Shown: one piece after another, positions 52,154-64,000 of the stretch
Layout of the letters: every line of letters starts with the position of its first letter
Numbering within the stretch: position 1 is the first letter of the stretch
Assembly: GCA_951406725.2 (NCBI GenBank)
Contig: OX597826.1
Location: 29,388,001-29,452,000 of the forward strand
DNA: 64,000 nt
Direction: 5' to 3'
DNA from: Octopus vulgaris
Taxonomy: Eukaryota
Translations under genes and position numbers: made by a program
Notes under the pieces: generated by a model
Seen by the model: the letters and a program-made list of their open reading frames with translations, nothing else
Told to the model about the DNA's origin: nothing
Database searches by the model: none

Positions 52154-55100
52154 GTGGTGAATAAATACTGAAGCATAAAAATTTATAAATAAATAAAATG
52201 AAAGAAAAGATAGGTAAATAAAATGAATTTTCTTTCCATTGACTGTACAACTCCTTACATATGTAGAAAACTGAAATGAGATTGTGTGAGCTTCATGCCT
52301 TAGCCAAGAGTATCTATGGTGTAAGTTAAGAAACTTGCCTTCAATTATAACATATAGATATACAAATACAAACTGAACAAGGAACAAAATAGAACTCAAG
52401 ACACTTCAATGTCTGGCCCACAGATATGCTGTGACCCTTCTTTGTCTCTTCCATTTGTACTACAATAATCTCTGCTCTATCAGGGCTGTTGGTCTTGTAC
52501 CAACTCTAATTGAACAGATCCTATTTAATTGTATTTCCTTTCCCATCACCCAAATTGTACCCAGACCCTTAGCTCTTGCACTGACGATTATTCCCAGTCT
52601 TTCTTCCCCAGAACATTGGCTTTTTGGAACTCCCTCACTGTATCAGTCGCATTGGTCTTCGACAATAATAACCGAGAGCCAATAAGGGAAAGGGGAAATT
52701 CTAATGCAGTTACTCAAACTGATAGAAATGTGAGCCAATTCTCAATGAAATTGTACCATACTGTCTCACAGAAAGGAGAGACAGACAGAAAATATACCAT
52801 GTCTGATGCAAAAGCTGTTGGTGACAGCTTTGTACACCTTTGAGCATTTGGAGCTAAGTAAAAACAATTCGTCCTAATTTTAGCACACATTCAGCCGTTT
52901 TGAGGGGAGGGGGAAAGTCAATTACATTGATTCCGGTACTTGACGGGTACTTTATTGTACCGACCCCAAAAAAATGAAAGACAAAGTTGACCTAGGTGGA
53001 ATTTGAATGCCTAATGCAGAGAACTGAATGTAAAACAAAAATCTAAAGATGGTACTGTTTGTTGATTGCATACTTACTTTTCTGACGCCATCTTTGAGAA
53101 TTCGTATGTCGGTCTTCCCTGATTTTCCTTTCAGTAAAAAATATGGAGTGGCCGTAAAGGAGCGTGGTGATTGTATTCCAGTGTATACTCTTAGTAGATA
53201 CAAATATTTATCTTTGGCTACGTTGTCTACCAAAGGTAGGAATTCCCACTACACAAAAATGGAAACAGAAAATTACGAAAAACAGCAGAGACAAACAGTC
53301 GAACGGTTATCAATTGCTTCCAGTTTTTATGCATGACTCTTTGGAAACTGATGGATAAATATTTGGGAGAAGCTAATTTATAAGCTGTATATATGGCAAG
53401 AGGCTATAGTAGAAGACACTTGCCCAAGGTGCCACGCAGTGGGACTGAACCCGGAACCATGTGTTTGGTAAGCAAGCTTCTTACCACACAGCCACTCCTG
53501 TGCCTATTTATAAATATATACATATTTACACACACACACACACACAGATATATATATGATATATATATATATATATATATATATATCCATAAGTGGAACA
53601 ACATCGCAATAGAGTACAATAAAACATTCGGACAGATAGACGATACAAGGTGGACAAGAGAAACAACAATTAGAAGGACAGGCCAAAAAATGACGGTTCA
53701 TTCGTGGCGTTTTTCCTCAGTCAAGTCCCAGAAGACATGACGGTTTCAGGTAGATAAACTAGTTTTGCTGGTAAATTTGAAATGTTTATATTAATTTAGC
53801 ATTAGAATTCTTCAAGTTGTATAAAAATAGTTATTGTCTGCATCATACAAAAGAGAAATAAATTCTGCATAAGGTGTAAAAGATAAAAATAATTTGTATG
53901 GTGTTAGCAACAAAATATTTTGTAAGAAATAGAACTTTTATCGTTGGTCTTAAATTTATTTTCGCCAGTGTATATATATATGTATATACATATTTATTTA
54001 TATATATATACACACACATATGTATATATATATCGCTGCCTAGACTGGCTTCCGTGCCGGTGGCACGTAGATCCCCGGTTGAACCGTCCAACCCATGCTA
54101 GCATGGAGAACGGACGTTAAACAATGATGAACTATATGTATATATATATTTACATATATAAATCTCTTTTACTTGTTTCAGTCATTTGACTGCAACCATG
54201 CTGGAGCATGCTGGAGCACCGCCTTTAGTCAAGCAAATCGACCGCAGGACTTATTCTTTGTAAGCCTAGTACTTATTTTATCAGTGTCTTTTGCCAAACC
54301 GCTAAGCTATGGGGACGTAAACACACCAGCATTGGTTGTCAAGCAATGTTGGGGAAACAAACACAAACACACAAACAAACACACACACATATATATACAT
54401 ATACATATATACAATGGGCTTCTTTCAGTTTCCGTCTACCAAATCCACTCACAAGGCTTTGGTCGGCCTGAGGCTATAGTAGAAGACACTTGCCCAAGGT
54501 GCCATGCAGTGGGATTGAACCCAGAAACACAGCCACTCCTGTGTCTATGTACATATTTATATATATATATATACATGTGCATCCAATAACATTGTAATTA
54601 TTCCACGTCCTTGGGTTGCTGTTTTTTCTTGCTTGTTCATGTTTGGATATATATATATATATATATATGTTGTGTGACGGATGAAGAGGACAACAGAAAA
54701 AGAGAAGGAAATACAACGGGCCTTACCTCAGCGAAGATCAGATCTCTCTCAACAAAGTCAATGCGTCTCGTCGCTTCCTCGTCTCAGCTCCAACTGCCGG
54801 CTTCGTTGATCTCACACGTGCGTGCTGCCTCACCGCTTCCGCTTCCCACCACGCATGTGCCCTGCAAGCCCTACTTCCACCCTCCCTTATCTGTTGTCCT
54901 CTCCACCGACACCCCCCCCCCCCCCTGATCTACAGATCCCTGAACCGGCTTTCTCACTCGCTTCCCGCTCCCGAACTCACACCTTAACTGGTTTCATAAT
55001 CAGCCAACCAGGGAGGAGGGTGCCGTTCCCTCTGTGGTCGCAGTGCGACCCTAGGACTGGTTCCTGGCATGTTGCTGCTGGCCTCATTATCCTGTCTACT

Positions 55101-58100
55101 GGTGTTGTTTTCATCTTGCCCACTGCTGCTGGTTCCATCCTCTGAGGCATGGACAATCCTCCGTATATCCAAAACGTGGCGTGGCATACCATCGACCGAG
55201 ATGCTGTGCCATTATCCAGAAGCAGTTCATCCACGGGGCTTCGTTCCAGGAATATCTCATTTAATACTTTCACAATTTCTTCTGCAGTCCCCATCTTCAT
55301 CTCCCTCCATATGGCCAACCGCCCCGGTCCGCAGTCAACCATTGAGAGGTATGTCCCCTGCCGGTAGTGTGTTATGTCCACCGCCAGTCGTTTCCAGTCA
55401 TGGTCCACTGGAATACTTCCCGCTTCATGTACGCCCGGGTCGATGGACTGGCACCTGTCACAACTGCTAACCACTCTCTGCACGCTCTGTCTTGTTACAT
55501 TGGAGTCAACTTTTCTGGCTAGGAACAATGTCCTGTCCACACCCATGTGATGCATGGTATGCTGTCTCCGCAACTCCGAGTCGCTCAGACGGCATACAGC
55601 AGCTACAGCCTGCTTCGCATCCTCTGGCACCTGCAACCAGGCTCGCTTTACCCTGGTCAGGACATCTGCCCTGTTCTTCTCGGATGGCACAAAGATCACG
55701 CTCAGCTTCAGATTGAACTCAGTGGTTAGTTCATGCAGTATTCCCAATTGACGCTTTACCAGCATCTCTGCAGCCCCTTTGGTCTGCACCCTCCGCTCAT
55801 TGATGATGACTGCTGTCACCCAACCAAGTACAGTGGCCGAATCAGTCCTGATTTCTATGGTGTGCAACCTACACTTCAAGGCTAGGTTCACCCCCTTCAA
55901 CACGGCATCCAACTCCGCCACATTGATGTGATTGCAGTCATCTATCTTCCTGAGCCAGGCTGCATCTTCCACCATGACACCTCCCACTTCTAAGACAACC
56001 CCTGATGCGATGCTACTAGCGTCACACCATACAATTCCGCTCTTTGATTTGGGAACATACCAGCTGCCCCTCACTGGGTCCTCTGCTCCTACTCTGACCA
56101 AGACTTCCTGCATCATGTCGATCGTCCTCTCCCCCACTCTATCATTCCACTTCACTCCTTCGGCTCGTCTCTTGATGAAGCTACATGCTGTCCGGAGCCA
56201 ACTTGCAACCGGGTAGTGTCCCACCAGCTTCCCACACATAGAGAACAGTTCCCGTCTACTCATGCTGGCGCCCAGTTCAGGGACCTCATTCCCTCACCGG
56301 AACACCAACGCGCCGGCCTTGTCTCTCCATAGCTTGAGGCCCAGTGCGGCACCTCTCTCCATTGCCTCTGGTGGTTTGGCGATCAGTCCAAAACTCTTCA
56401 GGTGGCCTACGATCTCCGTTGCTGGCATTACGGTTTCATCCACCAGAATGTCATCGATGTATGAATTGGTGGCCCTTTTTACTCTGTCCACCTTTCCCAG
56501 GATGGCCTTGAGAATTGTTGCCATAATCTTTGGCGCTGAATTCAGCCCGAACCCCAACCTGGTCAGACAGTACATCCGGCCCTTATACATGACAAGCTGG
56601 TACTTCCACAATTTCTCAGCCACATGCACCTGTAGGTATGCCGACTTCAAATCAACAATCGTGGAGGCCCCTGTCATCTGCCTCCACTCTTTCAAGGTGT
56701 CTCCGCAGACATCTGTGGCCTCGCTGCCTGTATGACACGATACGTGGTCATTCAGCTCTCGGAAGTCAAGCACTGGCCTGACCTTATGCTTTGTGGGCTG
56801 TATCACCGCCATCAGTGGCAGGACTACGCTCTCTTCTTTTTCCCAAGGGATCAATATGCCCTCCTTAATCCACTGCTGCACCTCCCCCTCGAACTCACTT
56901 CTGGCATCTCCTTTTAGAGTATGCTGATAGTAGCCCACTTTATTCTTTAACATCGGAGCTCTCCCTTCCAGTGCCACTTCACTGTCCACCTCTTGCCATC
57001 AAAGACAGCCCGAAAATCCTGGTCTTCAATGGTGTGCGCAGCATGCTTTTCCTCACGGTTGTCACTGGTGCATGGTCTCACCCTACATGGTTTCCCCGCT
57101 AACCCAAACGTTACACCAGCCTCGTTAACGGTGACACCTCCCAAGCGGGTGACTGCATCCATCCCCATCACCACGTCAATCTCGTCCACCAAGTGATCAA
57201 CCACAATCGCTCGCAGCGTCAGCTGTAGTCCCTGCACTACAATCCGCGCATCTGTAACCCCTTCGCAGTGTACTTCTCTTCCGTCGAAAGCTCTAACACT
57301 GCTTTCTCCACTCTATGTCTCTGCCACTTCTGTAGTCATCAGGGTTGTCGTACAGCCCGTGTCCACAAGGGCTCGCGACATCTTCCCCTCCACCAGAATG
57401 TCGACCACAGGTAGCGACGATAAACGTGCCTCTACTGATCCGAAGGGACAATACCGGCGCAGTAGTCTCCCTCAGTCCGTTTCCCCACAGGCACTCGCTG
57501 GCTATATGCCCCGGTTCTCGACACCGGTAGCAAATCACCTCAGGCTTGGGTGACTCGCAGTCACGCACATTGTGCGGACCTTGGCACCGGAAACACTGTC
57601 CTTTGAACGGTCGCACACGTTCTTTCTTTGGCCCCTCTCCGTTGCTCCTAGCTCGGCCACTTTTCGAAGTTGCAGTCACTGCTACCGACGTCCTTCTGCT
57701 GCACGAAACTAATACGCGTGCCCGAGATATGATGTCCGCCATCGGCATCGCATGAACATTTGGAAGCTACTGTAGCTCGACCGACATGTTATCAGGAAAG
57801 CCAGTCACGGACGCCAACCTAACCGTCTGGTCCAGCGACTCTCCCTCATAACCTGCCAGTTTAGCCAATCTCCTAAGTTCATTGGCAAACACATCCACCT
57901 GTTCCCCAGTCCATCTTGTTCTACCCAGGTGAGCGTATGCCTCAAACATTCCCTCCGCAAAGGCCTCCATCAACCGGATTTCCACTTTCTCCGTGCTGAG
58001 TTGGTCTGTCTCCTCCATCTCTAGGTACAACACCAATGCCGGACCATCCAAGTACAGTGGCATGAAGCTCGCCAGGTCACTTATATCATGGAGCTTCACC

Positions 58101-61100
58101 ACCAACTTCACTTTCTTCAACCAAGTGACTACATCTGTGTCGCCGCAAAACGGTTGTATCATGTCATGCAAAATACGGGCACTCATCATTCGTTTTTTTT
58201 TTTGTTTATAACGACGAAATAGCTTGTAGTGTGACGGATGAAGAGGACAACAGAAAAAGAGAAGGAAATACAACGGGCCTTACCTCAGTGAAGACCAGAT
58301 CTCTCTCAACAAAGTCAATGCGTCTCATCGCTTCCTTGTCTCAGCTCCAACTGCCGGCTTCGTTGATCCCACACGTGCGTGCTGCCTCACCGCTTCCGCT
58401 TCCCGCCGCGCATGCGCCCTGCAAGCCCTACTTCTGCCCTCCCTTATCTGTCATCCTCTCCACCGACACCACAATATATATATGCACACACATATGCACA
58501 TATTATCTTTATATAACCTCTATCTTCCATGCTGGTATAGGTCGGACATATATCTATGTATGCACATGCATACCCTTACATGCATGTACATACATGCCCA
58601 TACACACATACAACACACACGCAATTTACACATAGAACTGGGGTTTTTTCTGTTTCTGCCTATCAAATCCACTCACAACTCATGCGTTTTCTGCATGGAG
58701 GAAAGTCATATGCCATGGAAAACAAGTAACTGGCCTCACAACTCCTAGGAATTGTTGCATTACTTACTTTATGTTAAAAGAAGAATGTAAAAGAATGTGT
58801 TTGCACTTACATTGACTCTGTCATGCTTGTCTAAATGTCGAACAAAAATAGCCAACACACAGTATATGATAAATATGACCAAAAGTACAGCTAAGATGAA
58901 TGGGTTTTCCAAGATTTTTTCATCCAAGTTGAAGAATATTTCATCAAAGTCAAGTTTGCCGGGTGTAATGATTTCAATAACTGAAGTAAAAGTGCCAAAA
59001 AGGTTGCTTTCTAACACCAAATTATAATTGGTTTCCAAGGCTTTAGTCTAGAAAATAAGTAAAGAAATTGTATACATGCTTGTAATCATACAATGTGTGA
59101 TCAATAAGTATCTGGACTGTTGTTATAATAATGAACCTAAAGCCTACTGAGTGACACTACTTAGCATAGATTGACCTTAAACTCAGCTGTGCATGCGTGC
59201 TAAGTTTTAACATTCTAGTTCACTTCTGTGAAGGTGTGTAGTGTGTGATCGTTGCACGGAGCATAACAGAGATACCTGCTCAGAGGCCTACGCAAAGTTG
59301 CAGAAAGTATGGAGAGGAGTGTATGAGCCGCATTCAAGTGCATGAGTGGTTCAGATGTTTCCAAGATGGCTGGAAAAATGTCAATAGCGATGAAGTTCTG
59401 GGAGACCTGCAACCAGCAGAACTGAGAAGAACATTGCAGCTGTGCGTGGAGCTGTGAGGGCAAATAATCGAAACACCATCCGTCAGTTATCAGAGGATAT
59501 GCATTTTAGTTATGGTTCAGTTCAGCCCATTACCACGGATGATTTGGGTATGAGACGTGTGTCTGCCAAGTTTGTGCCAAAACTGTTTTCGGCTGACCAA
59601 AAAGACACTTGGGTTTCAGTTGCACAAAATCTCTTTGATTCTGTTGAGAACGATGAAAACTTTCTGAAATCTTGTGTAGGCCTCTGAATAGGTATCTCCG
59701 AGCTTTTGGCAAAATTTGATGCCGATTCTCTGCTCAGCTTTCTCTGTCATGGTCAATTCAATGATCACATGCTACACACCTTCCTTCCCAGCACTCTTGT
59801 AAACAGCAGGAAGTGAGCTAGAACGCTAAAACTTAGTGCACATCTACAGCAGAGTTGAAGAACAATCTGTGCCAAGCAGCTTTACTCTGTGTGCCTTAGC
59901 TTCGTCACTATAGCAGCAGTCCAGATACTTATTGATCAGACCACATACATACGAGTGTCCTGAAAAGTTCCTGGCTTTGGGGTAAAGGGAAATACAGAAG
60001 AGTCAGTTAAATATGATTTTATTCAACATATTCCCCTCTCAAATTTACGCATTTATTCCAATAGTCCTTCAGTTTTTTTAAGCCCAGTAAAAGAACTTGG
60101 AAATTTAGGCATTCAGCCTGGCATTTCACTATACCCTTAAAGCCAGGATTTTTTCAGCACCCTTGTCGTACATGTATATGAGGAGAGACAATGCAAATCA
60201 TTGTTTTATACACTAGAAATGACCTTGATATCTGGGATAATAAATATCTGCAAACCTTCTTAAAATTTAATGGACAGTGAACAAAACAAAATGCTTTCTT
60301 TCACAACCTTGCCACCAAATAGGTGATTGGTTAAAATTTACTGTAAATTAAACACAAAAATAGAACATGCATGCATACATACATTCATACATACATATAT
60401 ACATGCATACATACATACATGCATACTTGCATACATATATACATGCATACATATATGCATACATGCATACATAATGCATATGTGCATGCACATATATATG
60501 CATACATACATGCATACATATGTATATGCATATATACATGCATACATACATGCATACATGCATACCTACATTCATGCACACATTCATACATACATGCATA
60601 CATGCAAATATATATACATATATTCATACATACATACATGCAGGTATACATATATACATACATGCATACATACATATATACATGTATGCATGCATACATA
60701 CATATATGATGCATACATGCTTGCACATATACATGCAAATATATATACATTACTGTAAATTAAACCGAAAAATAGAATATGCAGGCATACATACATACAT
60801 ACATACATACATACATACATACATACATACATACATACATGTATGCATACCTACATTCATGCACACATTCATACATACATGCATACATGCAAATATATAT
60901 ACATATATTTATACATACATAATGCATGTAAACATACATAATGCATGTAAACATACATACATATATATACATACATGCATGCATACATACATATATACAT
61001 GTATACATGCATACATACAAACATGATGCATACACACTTGCATTCATACATGCAAATATATATGCATATATTTATACATACATATATACACACATGCATA

Positions 61101-61803
61101 CATACCTGATGCATACATACATACACACATCGATTCATGCATGCATATATATGAAAGATTTGGTTGTTATACTGCTGCTTGACATCTATCACTGAGGAGC
61201 ACATAGCAGGGTGAAATTATGTGATCTGGAAGCACTGGCATTTGTAGCAGATGACCCTCATGTGTTAACGATAATAATACGAGTGCTTTAATGTACCACG
61301 AGTTCATATGAGATGTCCTCTCTGGGTAAATAAGGCAGTATTCTGTGTTTTAACGCAACCTCCATATTATGTTTGAGATCAACATCTTACGTATGAATTT
61401 TCTAATTGTTGTTTTGTTTTCCTTCTATGCAATCTTTGAATCATTACACACATACATACATACATACATAAATACATTCATACACGCATAATACATATGC
61501 ACATACATACAAATACATACACATACACATATATATATATTTATGTATATGTGTGTGTGCACATATCTATATGTATGTGTGTGTATTATGCATGCATGCG
61601 CGTATATATGTTATATATGTATATATCTATCTATATATATATATATATATATATATACTTTATTTAAAAGCAGCAGAAATTCAACAAAACCGAGTAACAT
61701 GTTTTGTTGAATTTCTGCTACTTTTAAATAAAGCATATTACTCTACCCCTGGTATTTGAGTACTCTTTTTTCGACCTTGTTTCACATTTATGCGTTTACT
61801 CCG

Positions 61804-61881
<78 letters not shown>

Positions 61882-63152
61882 GTATATATATATATATATA
61901 TATACATATATACTATATGCGAGTAACAAAGATGTACAAGTGTCAATTCATTATGGCTGTTTCAAGTGGCTCCTTGATAATTGAAAACATTACATCATTG
62001 CAAAGAAACCGTTTTTGTCAGGTTGACTTCAAACACAAAGGACCAACTAACTGCTTTAACATATTCATATCACCAACTGGAGCTCAAATATTTTTCTTTG
62101 ATTTTGCAGTTGTTTCTTTGGCAGAATGAGTTTAGAAATCAGCCTATGTATTGTCAAGGCTACAAGAATTTAGAGGTTAGTAGAGGTTATAGTGAATTTT
62201 ATGGAAAAAGTATAAATTGTCACAAATTTATAAACTACAAAAATGTTAAAAATATATTAGAAAGGATAAAGAAGGCATAAAAATATATAGAAAATATTAA
62301 AATAAAATAGAAGAATTTATAAGATATAATGCATAATTAAAAAATAAATAAACCATGAGAATATGTAAAAAGGTATATAAAGGTAAAGAATATAAAAATA
62401 AAAAATATAATTTTTATAAATATGTGACAATTTATACTTTTTTCATAAAATTCACTATATACTGTAATTTTATATTACTATATTTCTTAATTTCGTAGAC
62501 GTATATTGTCGTTCAATGCTTGAAATGAGGAGTGTATAAACATCTAACAACTGATGAAGGGTCGTTCTTTATGTTACTTGTCCTGTTTTCCATTTGTTTC
62601 TCTCATTGTTTACGTATAGAACTCATTTGTTTTCGCATTTCATATTGTTTACAATTGGTGACGTCCTGTACCCATGTATATATATGGATGGATACCCTTC
62701 CTAACACCAACCACTGCACAGAGTGTATGAAGCATCATCATCAGTGCTTTATGCATGACACAAGCATGAGTGCTTTGTGTGGCGCGAGTGTGGGTGTTTT
62801 ATACATGACACTAGCACAGATACTTTATATGTGTCATCAGCGTGGACACTTTGTTACATGACACCAGCATGAGTGCCTTATAGGTGGTACCAGCATGAAT
62901 CCTTTTTACATGGCACCAGCAGGTTTGCTTCTTATGTGGCAACAGTACTCATGAGCTTTGAAGGAGGAAAATGCAAAATCAAGCATTGGCAGTATTTGAA
63001 CTCTCTCACTTTAGGTTGTCAACATACCTTTATATCATTGTTTGGTTTCTTATTTTTTCTTCCATCATCATAAACATGTGGAGTGAAACTTACAATTTTC
63101 GTCTGTAAATTACGTGGTATACTTCTCTTTTGGATACTTCCATCTGTTGCCT
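36846..63152 (-). CDS. Polycystin-1-like (PKD1L-type) gene, 11 exons: GAIN/GPS end, TM1, PLAT, TM2-5, TOP, TRPP channel domain (5' part outside window)
   Basis: Phase-consistent GT-AG exons: 63028-63152, 58811-59047, 53078-53248, 50399-50553, 48504-49152, 45729-45843, 43487-43725, 43049-43223, 41019-41102, 39683-40273, 36846-37391. Polycystin motifs include [98 protein letters not shown] and [14 protein letters not shown]. Confidence 0.9.
37950..38742 (+). mobile_element. 5'-truncated RTE-clade LINE with 21-bp target-site duplication
   Basis: Open ORF to 38670 ([29 protein letters not shown]-terminal C2H2 CDTC...HSH). TSD acacagaataagaatggtatc at 37929-37949 and 38743-38763. Confidence 0.92.
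39683..40273 (-). CDS. PKD1-like exon: TOP domain and S2-S3
   Basis: GWKIGAKQ...AFKYTSEEK...[12 protein letters not shown]...[24 protein letters not shown]...LVKNP|gtaaac. Confidence 0.92.
40768..41000. repeat. (GGT/GAT)n microsatellite
   Basis: Compound trinucleotide tract. Similar tracts at 23880-23975, 43370-43453 and 52080-52160. Confidence 0.9.
41019..41102 (-). CDS. PKD1-like exon: TOP domain
   Basis: tttcag|[27 protein letters not shown]|gtaag. Contains the C...C..YS...ED...Y.PGW motif. Confidence 0.88.
43049..43223 (-). CDS. PKD1-like exon: TOP/polycystin domain
   Basis: [21 protein letters not shown]...[16 protein letters not shown]|gtaaat. Confidence 0.9.
43487..43725 (-). CDS. 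PKD1-like exon: channel S1 helix
   Basis: [57 protein letters not shown]...EKFSQ|gtaaat. Confidence 0.85.
44640..45400 (+). mobile_element. Helitron 3' remnant (Pif1 helicase C-terminus)
   Basis: Degenerate [16 protein letters not shown] and [21 protein letters not shown]. Possible 3' end cacgggtcccgttagt near 45400. Confidence 0.7.
45729..45843 (-). CDS. PKD1-like exon
   Basis: ttctag|[38 protein letters not shown]|gtaaat. Continues the QPLK motif; phases fit both neighbours. Confidence 0.85.
47249..48242 (-). mobile_element. Tc1-like transposase, frameshifted
   Basis: [20 protein letters not shown] (HTH) ... [17 protein letters not shown] ... [20 protein letters not shown]. Confidence 0.88.
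48504..49152 (-). CDS. PKD1-like exon: PLAT end and TM2-TM5
   Basis: Within ORF 48462..49166. [16 protein letters not shown]...FTRVQRLS...[14 protein letters not shown]...VQPLK|gtcag. Confidence 0.92.
50399..50553 (-). CDS. PKD1-like exon: PLAT domain C-half
   Basis: tacag|[51 protein letters not shown](W)|gtaag. Confidence 0.9.
53078..53248 (-). CDS. PKD1-like exon: PLAT domain N-half
   Basis: Translates [57 protein letters not shown]|gtaagt. Confidence 0.9.
54668..58473 (-). mobile_element. Compact Gypsy/Ty3-like LTR retrotransposon, defective
   Basis: About 249-bp direct LTRs at 54668-54916 and 58225-58473 (TG...CA), ATATA flanks in a TA microsatellite, and a poly-G PPT near 54917-54925. 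Coding content: gag with two CCHC knuckles, protease ALVDTGC, RT YIDD, RNase H ([24 protein letters not shown]) and integrase HHCC plus VDITHY/LLLDNG. Order is PR-RT-RH-IN, with stops/frameshifts and a truncated integrase. Confidence 0.93.
58811..59047 (-). CDS. PKD1-like exon: GPS end plus TM1
   Basis: ttctag|ACT...AAT|gtaagt. Translates [79 protein letters not shown]. Confidence 0.88.
59089..59947 (+). mobile_element. Internally deleted mariner element
   Basis: TIRs (tgatcaataagtatctggactg / cagtccagatacttattgatca). Transposase remnants [16 protein letters not shown] and [16 protein letters not shown]. Confidence 0.8.
59950..60170. mobile_element. Mariner-type MITE
   Basis: Inverted termini gtgtcctgaaaagttcctggcttt / aaagccaggattttttcagcac. 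Confidence 0.6.
60365..61150. repeat. (CATA/TGCA)n low-complexity tract with an internal duplication
   Basis: The segment tactgtaaattaaac..aaaaatagaa occurs at about 60340 and about 60751, each followed by CATA arrays. Confidence 0.8.
63028..63152 (-). CDS. PKD1-like exon (end of GAIN region / first half of GPS position)
   Basis: ttccag|AG GCA...ATA AAG|gtatgt. Translates [41 protein letters not shown]; phase 0 fits the next exon. An alternative donor (gtaagt) would end the exon at 63094. Confidence 0.6.
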
Positions 63153-63912
63153 CTGGAAAGAATTACAGAAAACATTTAGAATTTTAAGTGATGACTTTCA
63201 TATAAATGCATTAGTATTGGTTTTCAATGTGTTTTCGTTCTTTATTCCTTGTTAAATTCTTTACTGCACCCTATCAGTTAGTTTGGTTATGACCATAATG
63301 GAGAGTTGGTAGTTTACTGTTTCAAGAACTCTTGTCTTTATCAGAAAAGAAAAAGACAAGTGCTGTTGGCTTATTTGTAGGCAGTGAATGAATAAAAGAA
63401 TTGCAGTGAAAGAGAGAAGTGGTAGATGTGATGTGTACAGACAGTTAGTACCATCTTAAGTAAAGTAAAGTAAAGTAAAATATGTAGTAATGTATAAAGT
63501 ATAAAGTAAAGTATAAAGTAAAGTAACCTTCTCGAGTCGTGTCAACTCATAATGGCCGTTTCCCCATCTGGACAGGACACCAGTCCTTCATAGAATTACT
63601 CACTTTTGCCAGCTGAGTGGACTGGAGTAATATGGAATGAAATGTTTTGCTCAAGAACACATGTCATTCGGCTCTGCAATCAAAAATACGATCATGAGTC
63701 CAACAGCCTAACCAATAAGCCATGTGCTTCCACTTTTAGGTAAGTGATACTCAAGAGTTGGTTGGTCTCCTCACTGTTTAGGAGACCAATTTGATCTGTC
63801 CATACTTTTACTTACTGAAACTAAAGGGCCCAGTGCATTGATTTGTTAAGGGGCCTCATGAGCATAGGGGCCCAACCTGATCTATCTCTACTGTAGCTTG
63901 CTCTTAATAGAT

Positions 63913-64000
63913 ACTAGCAGTATCGCCCGGCGTTGCTCGGGTTTGTAAGGGAAATAACTATATAAGCATTTTTAGAGAGTTATAGCCAAAAAATAGCAAA
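63913..64000 (+). mobile_element. Probable non-autonomous Helitron-like element terminus
   Basis: tactagcagtatcgcccggcgttgctcggg, with a short GC hairpin near the end. Truncated by the window edge. Confidence 0.45.

Noticed and set aside
60287-60345. Minus-strand WWQGCE segment as the missing GPS W...GC exon
   Set aside because: The acceptor phase does not fit the upstream exon, and it borders a duplicated low-complexity tract.
62740-62945. ~33-bp spaced repeats resembling a CRISPR array
   Set aside because: Eukaryotic context with degenerate tandem units related to a SINE internal motif; no unique spacers and no cas genes.

Overview
AT-rich, microsatellite- and SINE-laden eukaryotic DNA. 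The tRNA-derived SINE families look like Octopus OK/OR SINEs, so this is most likely an octopus/coleoid cephalopod (inference). On the + strand lie the last four coding exons of PWP2 (2072-8888). On the - strand, tail-to-tail with it, I traced by hand a phase-consistent GT-AG chain of 23 exons (63152 down to about 9496, about 1,600 codons; the 5' end lies outside the window). The first 11 exons encode a PKD1/polycystin-1-like protein: degenerate GPS, TM1, PLAT, TM2-5, TOP and a TRPP channel domain. The next 12 exons continue in frame into an ankyrin/DTHD1-type ZU5-ZU5 module and two death domains. This apparent polycystin/death-domain fusion is the main finding. The introns hold a compact Gypsy-like LTR element, mariner/Tc1/Helitron/RTE/Penelope remnants, several inverted repeats, and Penelope-type hammerhead ribozyme motifs. 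All exon calls and homologies come from manual reading; no searches were run.
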